Shown here: in pieces, positions 22,672 through 44,291 of the stretch
How positions within the stretch are numbered: position 1 is the stretch's first letter
How the letters are laid out: the number at the start of each line of letters is the position of its first letter
Source of the DNA: Ranitomeya imitator
Lineage: Eukaryota
NCBI RefSeq assembly: GCF_032444005.1
Contig: NC_091289.1
Coordinates: forward strand, 178,932,001 to 178,996,000
DNA: 64,000 nt
Direction of reading: 5' to 3'
Translations under genes and position numbers: made by a program
Notes under the pieces: model-generated
The model's database searches: none
What the model was told of the DNA's origin: nothing
The model's input: the letters and a program-made list of their open reading frames with translations, nothing else

Positions 22672-24134
22672 AGGTATTTGCCACTTCTAGGATAGGCCAT
22701 CAATGTCTGATCGGTGGGAGTGCAACACCCGGTACCCCCACTAATTAGCTGTTACCAGTGGTGGCCGAAAGTTTTCAGGACGGTTTACAATACCATCTCT
22801 ACGCTGATGACACACAGATCTACCTATCTGGACCCGACCTCACTTCCTTACTGACCAAAATCCCACAATGTCTGTCTGCTATCTCAGCCTTGTTTTCTGC
22901 TCGTTTTCTAAAACTGAACATGGACAAAACATAATTCATCATCTTTTCCCCCATCTTACTCTACCCCTCCACCAGACCTATCCATCAATGTCAATGGCTG
23001 CTCACTTTCCCCAGTCCCACACACCCGGTGCCTCGGGGTGATCTTCTACTCTACCCTCTCTTTCAAGCCACATATCCAAGCCCTTGCTTCCTCTTGCCGA
23101 TTCCAACTCAAAAACATTTCCCGGATCCGCTCATTCCTTGACCATGAAACCACAAAAACGCTAGTGCACGCCCTTATCATCTCCCACCTCGACTACTGCA
23201 ACCTCCTACTCTCTGGCCTCCCCTCCAGCACTCTGGCACCACTCCAATCCATCCTACACTCTGCTGCCCGACTAATCCACCTGTCCCCCCGCTATTTCCC
23301 AGCCTGTCCTCTCTGCCAGGCCCTTTACTGGCTTCCTATTGCCCAGAGACTCCAGTTCAAAACACTAACAATGACATACAAAGCCATCCACAACCTGTCT
23401 CCTCCATACATCTGTGACCTCGTCTCCCGGTACTTACCTACATGCAACCTCCGATCATCTCATGATCTCCTACTCTACTCCTCTCTCATCTCCTCTTCCC
23501 ACAACCACATCCAAGACTTCTCCCGTGCTTCCCCCATACTCTGGAACTCTCTACCCCAACACATCAGACTCTCGCCTATCACGGAAACCTTCAAAAGGAA
23601 CCTGAAGACCTACCTCTTCCGAGAAGCCTACAACCTGCAGTAACCACCGATCGACCAAACCGCCGCATGATGAGCTCTACCCTCTCCTAGTGTTTCATCA
23701 CCCATCCCCTGCAGACTGTGAGCCTTCATGGGCAGGGTCCTCCCTCCTTCTGTACTTGTGTGTGCCTTGTATTACTCATGTTTATTGTACTTGTCTATAT
23801 TTGCCCCGTTCACATGTAAAGCGCCATGGAATAAATGGTGCTATAAAAATGTATAATAATAATAATACTCCCGAAACACAACAGCGCAATCAAAACTATA
23901 TTGGCTGTGGCCCGTTACTGCAGATTCACCCCTATTCATTTGAGCAGGGGGTGAATCTGTGTTAACCGGCCGCGGCCACAATAGAAATGATGGAGCTGCT
24001 GTGGTCAGGGGAGCATCTGAGAACTTCCGACCACTGCCAGTGCTGGATCCAGCTGATCGGCAGGGGCGCCGGGTGTCGCACTCCCACTTATCTGATACTG
24101 ATGGCCTATAAATAAAAAAGTAATTGCCAACCCT
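22672..24134. mobile_element. TTAA-flanked MITE (Kolobok/T2-like) interrupted by an L2 fragment
   Basis: TTAA at 22668-22671 and 24135-24138, with inverted arms GGCCATCAATGTCTGATCGGTGGGAGTGCAACACCCGG and CCGGGTGTCGCACTCCCACTTATCTGATACTGATGGCC. Confidence 0.6.
22791..23866 (+). mobile_element. 5'-truncated L2-clade LINE (RT C-terminus and 3' end)
   Basis: LYADDTQIY, LKLNMDKT, HALIISHLDYCNLLLSG, LQSILHSAARLI, YWLPIAQRLQFK and APILWNSLP-type motifs, with a 3' tail (AAT)n. Confidence 0.9.
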
Positions 24135-24226
24135 TTAAATGTGTGCTGGAGTAAGGAGTGCGCCTCTTCGTGATTCGACATGTCAACTGCTTCACACCAC
24201 CGCAAGAAATGTCATCCGGACATTAA

Positions 24227-24625
24227 GGCTACTTTCACCCTTGCGTCGTTTGGGCTCCGTCGTAATGTGTCGTCTTGGAGAAAAAACGTTTCCCGCAGGA
24301 TGCGTTTTTTTCTCCATAGACTTGCATTAGCGACGCATTGCCACGTATGGCCACACGTCTCATCCATCGTGCTACGGATGCGTCGTGTTTTGGCGGCCGC
24401 GACGCACAAAAAAAGTTCAATGTAACTTTTTTTGTGCGTCGAGTCCGCCACTTTCGACCGCGCATGCGCGGCCGAAACTCCACCCACTCCTCCCCAGAAC
24501 TCATAATGGGCAGCGGATGCGCTGTAAAACTGCATCCGCTGCCCAAGTTGTGCTACATTTAACACACTGTCCGTCGGGCTGACGGTTTGCGACGGCCCCG
24601 TACCGACGCAAGTGTGAAAGTAGCC
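24227..24625. mobile_element. Harbinger-type MITE abutting the large satellite
   Basis: TAA | GGCTACTTTCAC...GTGAAAGTAGCC | TAA. Confidence 0.85.
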
Positions 24626-24628
24626 TAA

Positions 24629-27600
24629 GGCCGGTGCAGGCACTATACACTGCTATAAGGCTGGTGCAGGCACTATACACTGCTATAAGGCTGATGCAGG
24701 CACAGTATACACTGCTATAAGGCTGGTGCAGGCACAGTATACACTGCTATAAGGCTGGTGCAGGCACTATACACTGCTATAAGGCTGGTGCAGGCACTAT
24801 ACACTGCTATAAGGCTGGTGCAGGCACTATACACTGCTATAAGGCTGGTGCAGGCACTATACACTGCTATAAGGCTGGTGCAGGCACTATACACTGCTAT
24901 AAGGCTGGTGCAGGCACAGTATACACTGCTATAAGGCTGGTGCAGGCACTATACACTGCTATAAGGCTGGTGCAGGCACTATACACTGCTATAAGGCTGG
25001 TGCAGGCACTATACACTGCTATAAGGCTGGTGCAGGCACTATACACTGCTATAAGGCGGGTGCAGGCACTATACACTGCTATAAGGCTGGTGCAGGCACT
25101 ATACACTGCTATAAGGCTGATGCAGGCACAGTATACACTGCTATAAGGCTGGTGCAGGCACTATACACTGCTATAAGGCTAGTGCAGGCACTATACACTG
25201 CTATAAGGCTGGTGCAGGCACTATACACTGCTATAAGGCTAGTGCAGGCACTATACACTGCTATAAGGCTGGTGCAGGCACTATACACTGCTATAAGGCT
25301 GGTGCAGGCACTATACACTGCTATAAGGCTGGTGCAGGCACAGTATACACTGCTATAAGGCTGGTGCAGGCACTATACACTGCTATAAGGCTGGTGCAGG
25401 CACAGTATACACTGCTATAAGGCTGGTGCAGGCACTATACACTGCTATAAGGCTGATGCAGGCACAGTATACACTGCTATAAGGCTGGTGCAGGCACTAT
25501 ACACTGCTATAAGGCTAGTGCAGGCACTATACACTGCTATAAGGCTGGTGCAGGCACTATACACTGCTATAAGGCTAGTGCAGGCACTATACACTGCTAT
25601 AAGGCTGGTGCAGGCACTATACACTGCTATAAGGCTGGTGCAGGCACTATACACTGCTATAAGGCTGGTGCAGGCACTATACACTGCTATAAGGCGGGTG
25701 CAGGCACTATACACTGCTATAAGGCTGGTGCAGGCACTATACACTGCTATAAGGCTGATGCAGGCACAGTATACACTGCTATAAGGCTGGTGCAGGCACT
25801 ATACACTGCTATAAGGCTAGTGCAGGCACTATACACTGCTATAAGGCTGGTGCAGGCACTATACACTGCTATAAGGCTAGTGCAGGCACTATACACTGCT
25901 ATAAGGCTGGTGCAGGCACTATACACTGCTATAAGGCTGGTGCAGGCACTATACACTGCTATAAGGCTGGTGCAGGCACAGTATACACTGCTATAAGGCT
26001 GGTGCAGGCACTATACACTGCTATAAGGCTGGTGCAGGCACAGTATACACTGCTATAAGGCTGGTGCAGGCACTATACACTGCTATAAGGCTGATGCAGG
26101 CACAGTATACACTGCTATAAGGCTGGTGCAGGCACTATACACTGCTATAAGGCTGATGCAGGCACAGTATACACTGCTATAAGGCTGGTGCAGGCACTAT
26201 ACACTGCTATAAGGCTGGTGCAGGCACAGTATACACTGCTATAAGGCTGGTGCAGGCACTATACACTGCTATAAGGCTGATGCAGGCACTATACACTGCT
26301 ATAAGGCTGGTGCAGGCACTATACACTGCTATAAGGCTGATGCAGGCACTATACACTGCTATAAGGCTGGTGCAGGCACTATACACTGCTATAAGGCTGG
26401 TGCAGGCACTATACACTGCTATAAGGCCGGTGCAGGCACTATACACTGCTATAAGGCTGGTGCAGGCACTATACACTGCTATAAGGCTGGTGCAGGCACA
26501 GTATACACTGCTATAAGGCTGGTGCAGGCACAATACACTGCTATAAGGCTGGTACAGGCACTATACACTGCTATAAGGCTGGTACAGGCACTATACACTG
26601 CTATAAGGCGGGTGCAGGCACTATACACTGCTATAAGGCTGGTACAGGCACTATACACTGCTATAAGGCGGGTGCAGGCACTATACACTGCTATAAGGCG
26701 GGTGCAGGCACTATACACTGGTATAAGGCTGGTACAGGCACTATACACTGCTATAAGGCTGGTACAGGCACTATACACTGCTATAAGGCGGGTGCAGGCA
26801 CTATACACTGGTATAAGGCTGGTGCAGGCACTATACACTGCTATAAGGCTGGTGCAGGCACTATACACTGCTATAAGGCTGGTACAGGCACTATACACTG
26901 CTATAAGGCTAGTGCAGGCACTATACACTGCTATAAGGCTGGTGCAGGCACTATACACTGCTATAAGGCTGGTGCAGGCACTATACACTGCTATAAGGCT
27001 GGTGCAGGCACAGTATACACTGCTATAAGGCTGGTGCAGGCACTATACACTGCTATAAGGCTGGTGCAGGCACAGTATACACTGCTATAAGGCTGGTGCA
27101 GGCACTATACACTGCTATAAGGCTGATGCAGGCACAGTATACACTGCTATAAGGCTGGTGCAGGCACTATACACTGCTATAAGGCTGGTGCAGGCACAGT
27201 ATACACTGCTATAAGGCTGGTGCAGGCACTATACACTGCTATAAGGCTGATGCAGGCACTATACACTGCTATAAGGCTGGTGCAGGCACTATACACTGCT
27301 ATAAGGCTGATGCAGGCACTATACACTGCTATAAGGCTGGTGCAGGCACTATACACTGCTATAAGGCTGGTGCAGGCACTATACACTGCTATAAGGCCGG
27401 TGCAGGCACTATACACTGCTATAAGGCTGGTGCAGGCACTATACACTGCTATAAGGCTGGTGCAGGCACAGTATACACTGCTATAAGGCTGGTGCAGGCA
27501 CTATACACTGCTGTAAGGCTGATGCAGGCACAGTATACACTGCTATAAGGCTGGTGCAGGCACTATACACTGCTATAAGGCTGGTGCAGGCACAGTATAC

Positions 27601-30600
27601 ACTGCTATAAGGCTGGTGCAGGCACTATACACTGCTATAAGGCGGGTGCAGGCACAGTATACACTGCTATAAGGCTGGTGCAGGCACAGTATACACTGCT
27701 ATAAGGCTGGTGCAGGCACAGTATACACTGCTATAAGGCTGGTGCAGGCACTATACACTGCTATAAGGCTGGTGCAGGCACAGTATACACTGCTATAAGG
27801 CTGGTGCAGGCACTATATACTGCTATAAGGCTGGTGCAGGCACTATACAGTGCTATAAGGCTGGTACAGGCACTATACACTGCTATAAGGCTGGTGCAGG
27901 CACAGTATACACTGCTATAAGGCTGGTGCAGGCACTATACACTGCTATAAGGCTGGTGCAGGCACTATACACTGCTATAAGGCTGGTGCAGGCACTATAC
28001 ACTGCTATAAGGCTGGTACAGGCACTATACACTGCTATAAGGCTGGTGCAGGCACAGTATACACTGCTATAAGGCTGGTGCAGGCACTATACACTGCTAT
28101 AAGGCTGGTGCAGGCACTATACACTGCTATAAGGCTGGTGCAGGCACTATATACTGCTATAAGGCTGGTGCAGGCACTATACAGTGCTATAAGGCTGGTA
28201 CAGGCACTATACACTGCTATAAGGCTGGTGCAGGCACAGTATACACTGCTATAAGGCTGGTGCAGGCACTATACACTGCTATAAGGCTGGTGCAGGCACT
28301 ATACAGTGCTATAAGGCTGGTACAGGCACTATACACTGCTATAAGGCTGGTGCAGGCACAGTATACACTGCTATAAGGCTGGTGCAGGCACTATACACTG
28401 CTATAAGGCTGGTGCAGGCACTATACACTGCTATAAGGCTGGTGCAGGCACTATACACTGCTATAAGGCTGGTACAGGCACTATACACTGCTATAAGGCT
28501 GGTGCAGGCACAGTATACACTGCTATAAGGCTGGTGCAGGCACTATACACTGCTATAAGGCTGGTGCAGGCACTATACACTGCTATAAGGCTGGTGCAGG
28601 CACAGTATACACTGCTATAAGGCTGGTGCAGGCTGTATATACTGCTATAAGGCTGGTGCAGGCTCTATATACTGCTATAAGGCTGGTGCAGGCACTATAC
28701 ACTGCTATAAGGCTGGTGCAGGCACTATACACTGCTATAAGGCTGGTGCAGGCACTATATACTGCTATAAGGCTGGTGCAGGCACTATACAGTGCTATAA
28801 GGCTGGTACAGGCACTATACACTGCTATAAGGCTGGTGCAGGCACAGTATACACTGCTATAAGGCTGGTGCAGGCACTATACACTGCTATAAGGCTGGTG
28901 CAGGCACTATACAGTGCTATAAGGCTGGTACAGGCACTATACACTGCTATAAGGCTGGTGCAGGCACAGTATACACTGCTATAAGGCTGGTGCAGGCACT
29001 ATACACTGCTATAAGGCTGGTGCAGGCACTATACACTGCTATAAGGCTGGTGCAGGCACTATACACTGCTATAAGGCTGGTACAGGCACTATACACTGCT
29101 ATAAGGCTGGTGCAGGCACAGTATACACTGCTATAAGGCTGGTGCAGGCACTATACACTGCTATAAGGCTGGTGCAGGCACTATACACTGCTATAAGGCT
29201 GGTGCAGGCACAGTATACACTGCTATAAGGCTGGTGCAGGCTGTATATACTGCTATAAGGCTGGTGCAGGCTCTATATACTGCTATAAGGCTGGTGCAGG
29301 CACTATACACTGCTATAAGGCTGGTGCAGGCACTATACACTGCTATAAGGCTGGTGCAGGCACTATACACTGCTATAAGGCTGGTGCAGGCACTATACAC
29401 TGCTATAAGGCTGGTGCAGGCACTATACACTGCTATAAGGCTGGTGCAGGCACTATACACTGCTATAAGGCTGGTACAGGTACTATACACTGCTATAAGG
29501 CTGGTGCAGGCACTATACACTGCTATAAGGCTGGTGCAGGCACTATATACTGCTATAAGGCTGGTGCAGGCACTATACACTGCTATAAGGCTGGTGCAGG
29601 CACTATACACTGCTATAAGGCTGGTACAGGCACTATACACTGCTATAAGGCTGGTACAGGCACTATACACTGCTATAAGGCGGGTGCAGGCACTATACAC
29701 TGCTATAAGGCTGGTACAGGCACTATACACTGCTATAAGGCGGGTGCAGGCACTCTACACTGCTATAAGGCGGGTGCAGGCACTATACACTGGTATAAGG
29801 CTGGTACAGGCACTATACACTGCTATAAGGCTGGTACAGGCACTATACACTGCTATAAGGCGGGTGCAGGCACTATACACTGGTATAAGGCTGGTGCAGG
29901 CACTATACACTGCTATAAGGCTGGTGCAGGCACTATACACTGCTATAAGGCTGGTACAGGCACTATACACTGCTATAAGGCTGGTACAGGCACTATACAC
30001 TGCTATAAGGCGGGTGCAGGCACTATACACTGCTATAAGGCTGGTACAGGCACTATACACTGCTATAAGGCCGGTGCAGGCACTATACACTGGTATAAGG
30101 CTGGTACAGGCACTATACACTGCTATAAGGCTGGTGCAGGCACTATACACTGCTATAAGGCTGGTACAGGTACTATACACTGCTATAAGGCTGGTGCAGG
30201 CACTATACACTGCTATAAGGCCGGTGCAGGCACTATACACTGGTATAAGGCCGGTGCAGGCACTATACACTGGTATAAGGCTGGTGCAGGCACTATACAC
30301 TGCTATAAGGCTGGTGCAGGCACTATACACTGCTATAAGGCTGGTACAGGCACTATACACTGCTATAAGGCTGGTACAGGCACTATACACTGCTATAAGG
30401 CTGGTACAGGCACTATACACTGCTATAAGGCGGGTGCAGGCACTATACACTGGTATAAGGCTGGTGCAGGCACTATACACTGCTATAAGGCTGGTGCAGG
30501 CACTATACACTGCTATAAGGCTGGTACAGGCACTATACACTGGTATAAGGCTGGTGCAGGCACTATACACTGCTATAAGGCTGGTGCAGGCTCTATACAC

Positions 30601-31286
30601 TGCTATAAGGCTGGTACAGGCACTATACACTGCTATAAGGCCGGTGCAGGCACTATACACTGGTATAAGGCTGGTGCAGGCACTCTACACTGCTATAAGG
30701 CTGGTGCAGGCACTATACACTGCTATAAGGCTGGTACAGGCACTATACACTGCTATAAGGCTGGTACAGGCACTATACACTGCTATAAGGCTGGTGCAGG
30801 CACTATACACTGCTATAAGGCTGGTGCAGGCACTATACACTGCTATAAGGCTGGTACAGGCACTATACACTGCTATAAGGCTGGTACAGGCACTATACAC
30901 TGCTATAAGGCTGGTGCAGGCACTATACACTGCTATAAGGCTGGTACAGGCACTATACACTGCTATAAGGCTGGTACAGGCACTATACACTGCTATAAGG
31001 CTGGTACAGGCACTATACACTGCTATAAGGCTGGTGCAGGCACTATACACTGCTATAAGGCTGGTACAGGCACTATACACTGCTATAAGGCTGGTACAGG
31101 CACTATACACTGCTATAAGGCTGGTACAGGCACTATACACTGCTATAAGGCGGGTGCAGGCACTATACACTGCTATAAGGCTGGTACAGGCACTATACAC
31201 TGCTATAAGGCGGGTGCAGGCACTATACACTGCTATAAGGCTGGTGCAGGCACTATACACTGCTATAAGGCTGGTGCAGGCACAGT
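24629..31286. repeat. About 6.7-kb tandem satellite/VNTR: 30-bp unit CTATACACTGCTATAAGGCTGGTGCAGGCA plus a 32-bp variant (...GGCACAGTATACAC...), roughly 220 units
   Basis: Directly visible. The 32-bp variant is frequent from 24629 to 29230 and absent from 29234 to 31280. Confidence 0.98.
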
Positions 31287-31339
31287 GTAGTCTACATATA
31301 CCGCTGTACTGGTAGGAGGCGTGTCCGGTAGATGCCGGT

Positions 31340-31440
31340 GGGCGGGGCAGATTGGAGCAGGAGGATACACGTGGCTTTTCTTCGCATCCGCCCTTTAGGC
31401 TGCGCGCATGCGCCTGACGTCACGTACTCATTCATAAAAG
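31340..31440 (+). promoter_or_regulatory. plk3: plk3 proximal promoter, CpG-rich
   Basis: GC box GGGCGGGGC (31340-31348), inverted CCAAT GATTGG (31350-31355), E-box CACGTG (31368-31373), NRF1-like GCGCATGCGC (about 31404-31413), CRE TGACGTCA (31415-31422) and TATA-like CATAAAA (31433-31439), about 50 bp upstream of the ATG. Confidence 0.65.
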
Positions 31441-31489
31441 CTGTAGGCAGGGTTCGGGGCAGAGGCGCTGCGGGCGGCGGAGATGAAAG

Positions 31490-41255
<9,766 letters not shown>

Positions 41256-42056
41256 ATCTTCTTACCCCATACTTGGTCCTTCATGCCATTCCCTGCTCTT
41301 AACACAGCGGTGGCCAGATTTATCTGCTGGATGTATGGGGCAGAGTCTTTATCTGGAGGACCGGACCCTGGAACTGTACAATCCAAGGCTCCTCAGAGCT
41401 TTTTGGTGCTTGAAATATGAAATCTGTAGCGACATTCTTGAAGTTGCCTTCACGTGACTTGATTCACAATGATCCGGCAGTGGCTGGTCCTGCACAGATC
41501 ACCCGGTGTGACAATATAAGGTTATGGGTTACACAAGGCTTCCCTGGTTTACTGCAGACGGTTGTCTGATCTCGTGACGGGCAGATTGTGGATACAGGAC
41601 GCTCATGGCAAGTGTTATCTGATCAGTGGATTTGGCAGCTCGCTTACTGTATTAAGCTCAACGCAAGAGGATTAAGCAGATTTGCAATGGGGACATTAAG
41701 CCGCTGACTTGCTGCCTGTTGTAATACGGCTGTTTAAAAACAAAAAACTCCCATCCATCAGGGTGTTGCTGATGCAAAACAACCAGCTGCTGGGGGCTAC
41801 TCTATTCAGACCCTCTAAGGGTCACAAATGGGTGACCCTGTCCCCATCTGCTCCAGGGGTGAGCTGCCAGCAATGGTGCAATATGATCAGCTATTGATTG
41901 TCCTAGCTTGCAGCAATGGATCCCCTGTGACAACAAACCAAACATTACAATCTTAGTGCATCGAGCTGAATCTTCCACTCTGGGATTCAGAATTGTCCAC
42001 TTAATGCCATGTATCATCTCGCAAGACTCTCCCCCCTTGTCTGACTTTGCTGATCT

Positions 42057-42285
42057 AGAGATGAGCAAATTGGTTCACAAGATCCAGGGGTCAGGACAAT
42101 GGCTGCTGCAGTGGAGCCCTGCAAATCTGCTACCTGCCGGCATCTGGCAAAACGTAATCCTTGCGGCACGAGACGGCTACTTGGAAGATCCGCACATGCC
42201 GACAGGTAGATGGCTGATTGCATCGCTCCCATCCAGTAGCCACAGAATGCTGATCTGGGTTCTGCAAGTTTATTCACCAATCTCT
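42057..42285. mobile_element. Decayed hAT-type MITE within the probable plk3 3' UTR
   Basis: TAGAGATGAGCAAAT...ATTCACCAATCTCTA imperfect TIRs; the TSD is degraded. Confidence 0.45.
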
Positions 42286-42909
42286 ACTGCCATCTCATGC
42301 CGGAGGGTTCTCCTTCCATAAACGTCAACCTGTAGCTCTGCTCCTGTTCTTGCGAACAGACCAATGACTTAAATGGCTAATCCCCCAAATATTTAAGAAC
42401 TGCATGGGGAAATCCTAATGGATGCAGGTCAGTTACATTACTAATGGTTCCCTTTCCTCACTTAATGCACTACATTACCAAAGGCTTCTTTGATTTTTGT
42501 TAAATTTGCTGTTATAAGCAAAATGGAAAAATAAGAGGAATCCTTATTTTCTCACTAAAACGTAACACGACCGTCTGCTTTTTCTTTTGACTTCTACCAA
42601 AGACCCTCTTAGACATCGGATCGACTGACTCCTGAGCTCCGTATAGAAGGTATTTTTATACGGAGCTCATTCCGATCACAGCACTTAAATGTCCTCTCCC
42701 ACCCGGCACCCGTACACCCCACCTTTCTTATACGCTACATATCAGTCTGGTTCCACTTTCCCAATGTGGAGAGTAGATGCCACCAAAGCGGAGGTCTGCA
42801 GAGTTCAGGCTGCTACTTGAAAATTGTCTTGGTTTCACGGTATGAGCCCCCCACGAGAGCAGTGAGGGGCCCCACTACTGTTATATTTGTTCTTCCATTG
42901 GATAATAAC

Positions 42910-43029
42910 ATTTATTTATGTTTTATTTATAAAGAATGTATTTATTTTTAATGTGTTTTTTTTCCTTCTTAGATTTACATTAATCAAAGCAAAAGTTAAA
43001 AATAAAGTTTTATACAAACGACAAATAAA
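42910..43029 (+). terminator. plk3: plk3 3' end: AU-rich element cluster and tandem polyadenylation signals
   Basis: Five ATTTA pentamers between 42910 and 42977, and AATAAA at 43001-43006 and 43024-43029, followed by a GT/T-rich stretch. Confidence 0.7.
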
Positions 43030-43281
43030 AAATTGATCTGAAAACTGCAGAAAATGTGTTCTGGTTCATTTGGGAGATGTATAACCAATTCCATAGCGTT
43101 TCGGGACTGGATTTGTTTGTCTTTGTGATCTGTAGATGATGGATACAGAGAATGGGCTGGGATTTGTTATTCGGCGTTGTCAATATGGTAAAGGATTAGT
43201 TTTAATCTGAGAAGACCAGACAATGGACTCTTGTGTAATTCTCTGCATTAATGTGATTCCCCCTGTCCACTGTAGATGTAA

Positions 43282-43674
43282 GGGTACCGTCACACAGTGC
43301 AATTTTGATCGCTACGACGGCACGATTCGTGACGTTCGAGCGATATAGTTACGATATCGCAGTGTCTGACATGCTCCTGCGATCAGGGACCCCGCTGAGA
43401 ATCGTACGTCGTAGCAGATCGTTTGAAACTTTCTTTCGTCGTCTAGTGTCCCGCTGTGGCGGCATGATTGCATGGTGTAACATATATCGTATACGATGTG
43501 CGCCTAGTAACCAACGGCTTCTACATCGCACATACGTCATGAAATTATCGCTCCAGCGTCGTAGATTGCAAAGTGTGACAGCAGTCTACAACGCTGGAGC
43601 GATATTGTTACGATGCTGGAGCGTCACGGATCGTACCGTCGTAGCGATGAAAATTGCACTGTGTGACGGTACCC
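43282..43674. mobile_element. Harbinger-type MITE
   Basis: TAA | GGGTACCGTCACACAGTGCAATTTT...AAAATTGCACTGTGTGACGGTACCC | TAA, with near-perfect long TIRs. Confidence 0.9.
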
Positions 43675-44291
43675 TAAGGTGTGAGCAATAGGAGATCAGA
43701 AATATGGAAGACCAAAACAAACCCTGCTCCATCTGTAGAGGGAAGATGGCAGAATTTGTGTTTGTAATCTCTGGCATTTTGCTGCATTGCTTCCTTCTGT
43801 CTGCCCCTAGGAGGAAAGGCTGTATATTGCCGCTGATGTTTGGAACAGGCCAGGATCACAATCTCCATTTTTAGCTCATCCCATAGGATTGAGGTTCAAG
43901 CTCCTTGAGTCCGGTCATATTCTTCCACCAAACTCCTCCAACCGTGTACACTGAACACTCTGATACAATGGCTCCGTCTCCCTGGTCTGCCACAATCTCG
44001 CTGCACTGTCACCCTGCTGCCATGGGGCCCCAGAGCAGGAGCTAGGGTCCCCCAACCAATCATTGCAAGTGCAACTATATAGCTGACCGCGTTGAATCAG
44101 CGTCTGACGACCCTGACAGGGAGTCACGATGACATCACTACTCAGTGCCCACTGTCTGGAGACCTGCGGTCAGAGGAATGAGGAAAGGGGATTTATTGGG
44201 GTGCATTATACAATAGTCTGCCTCTTCTGGGGGCTACATTATGCCATCTTGGTGTTGGTGCTATTAAACAGTTTTAGGGGCTACTAAGCGG

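Noticed and set aside
24629-31286. CRISPR-like appearance of regular repeats of about 30 bp
   Set aside because: The units are head-to-tail with no unique spacers, there are no cas genes, and the context is eukaryotic. The same applies to the 29-, 41- and 86-bp arrays.
24897-31315. Long ORFs in the satellite (693-aa VQALYTAIRL repeat; YSACTSLIAV repeats)
   Set aside because: They arise because the 30-bp unit is a multiple of 3 with no stop in one frame per strand; the 32-bp variants break the frame at random. There is no splice or Kozak support and no recognisable protein.
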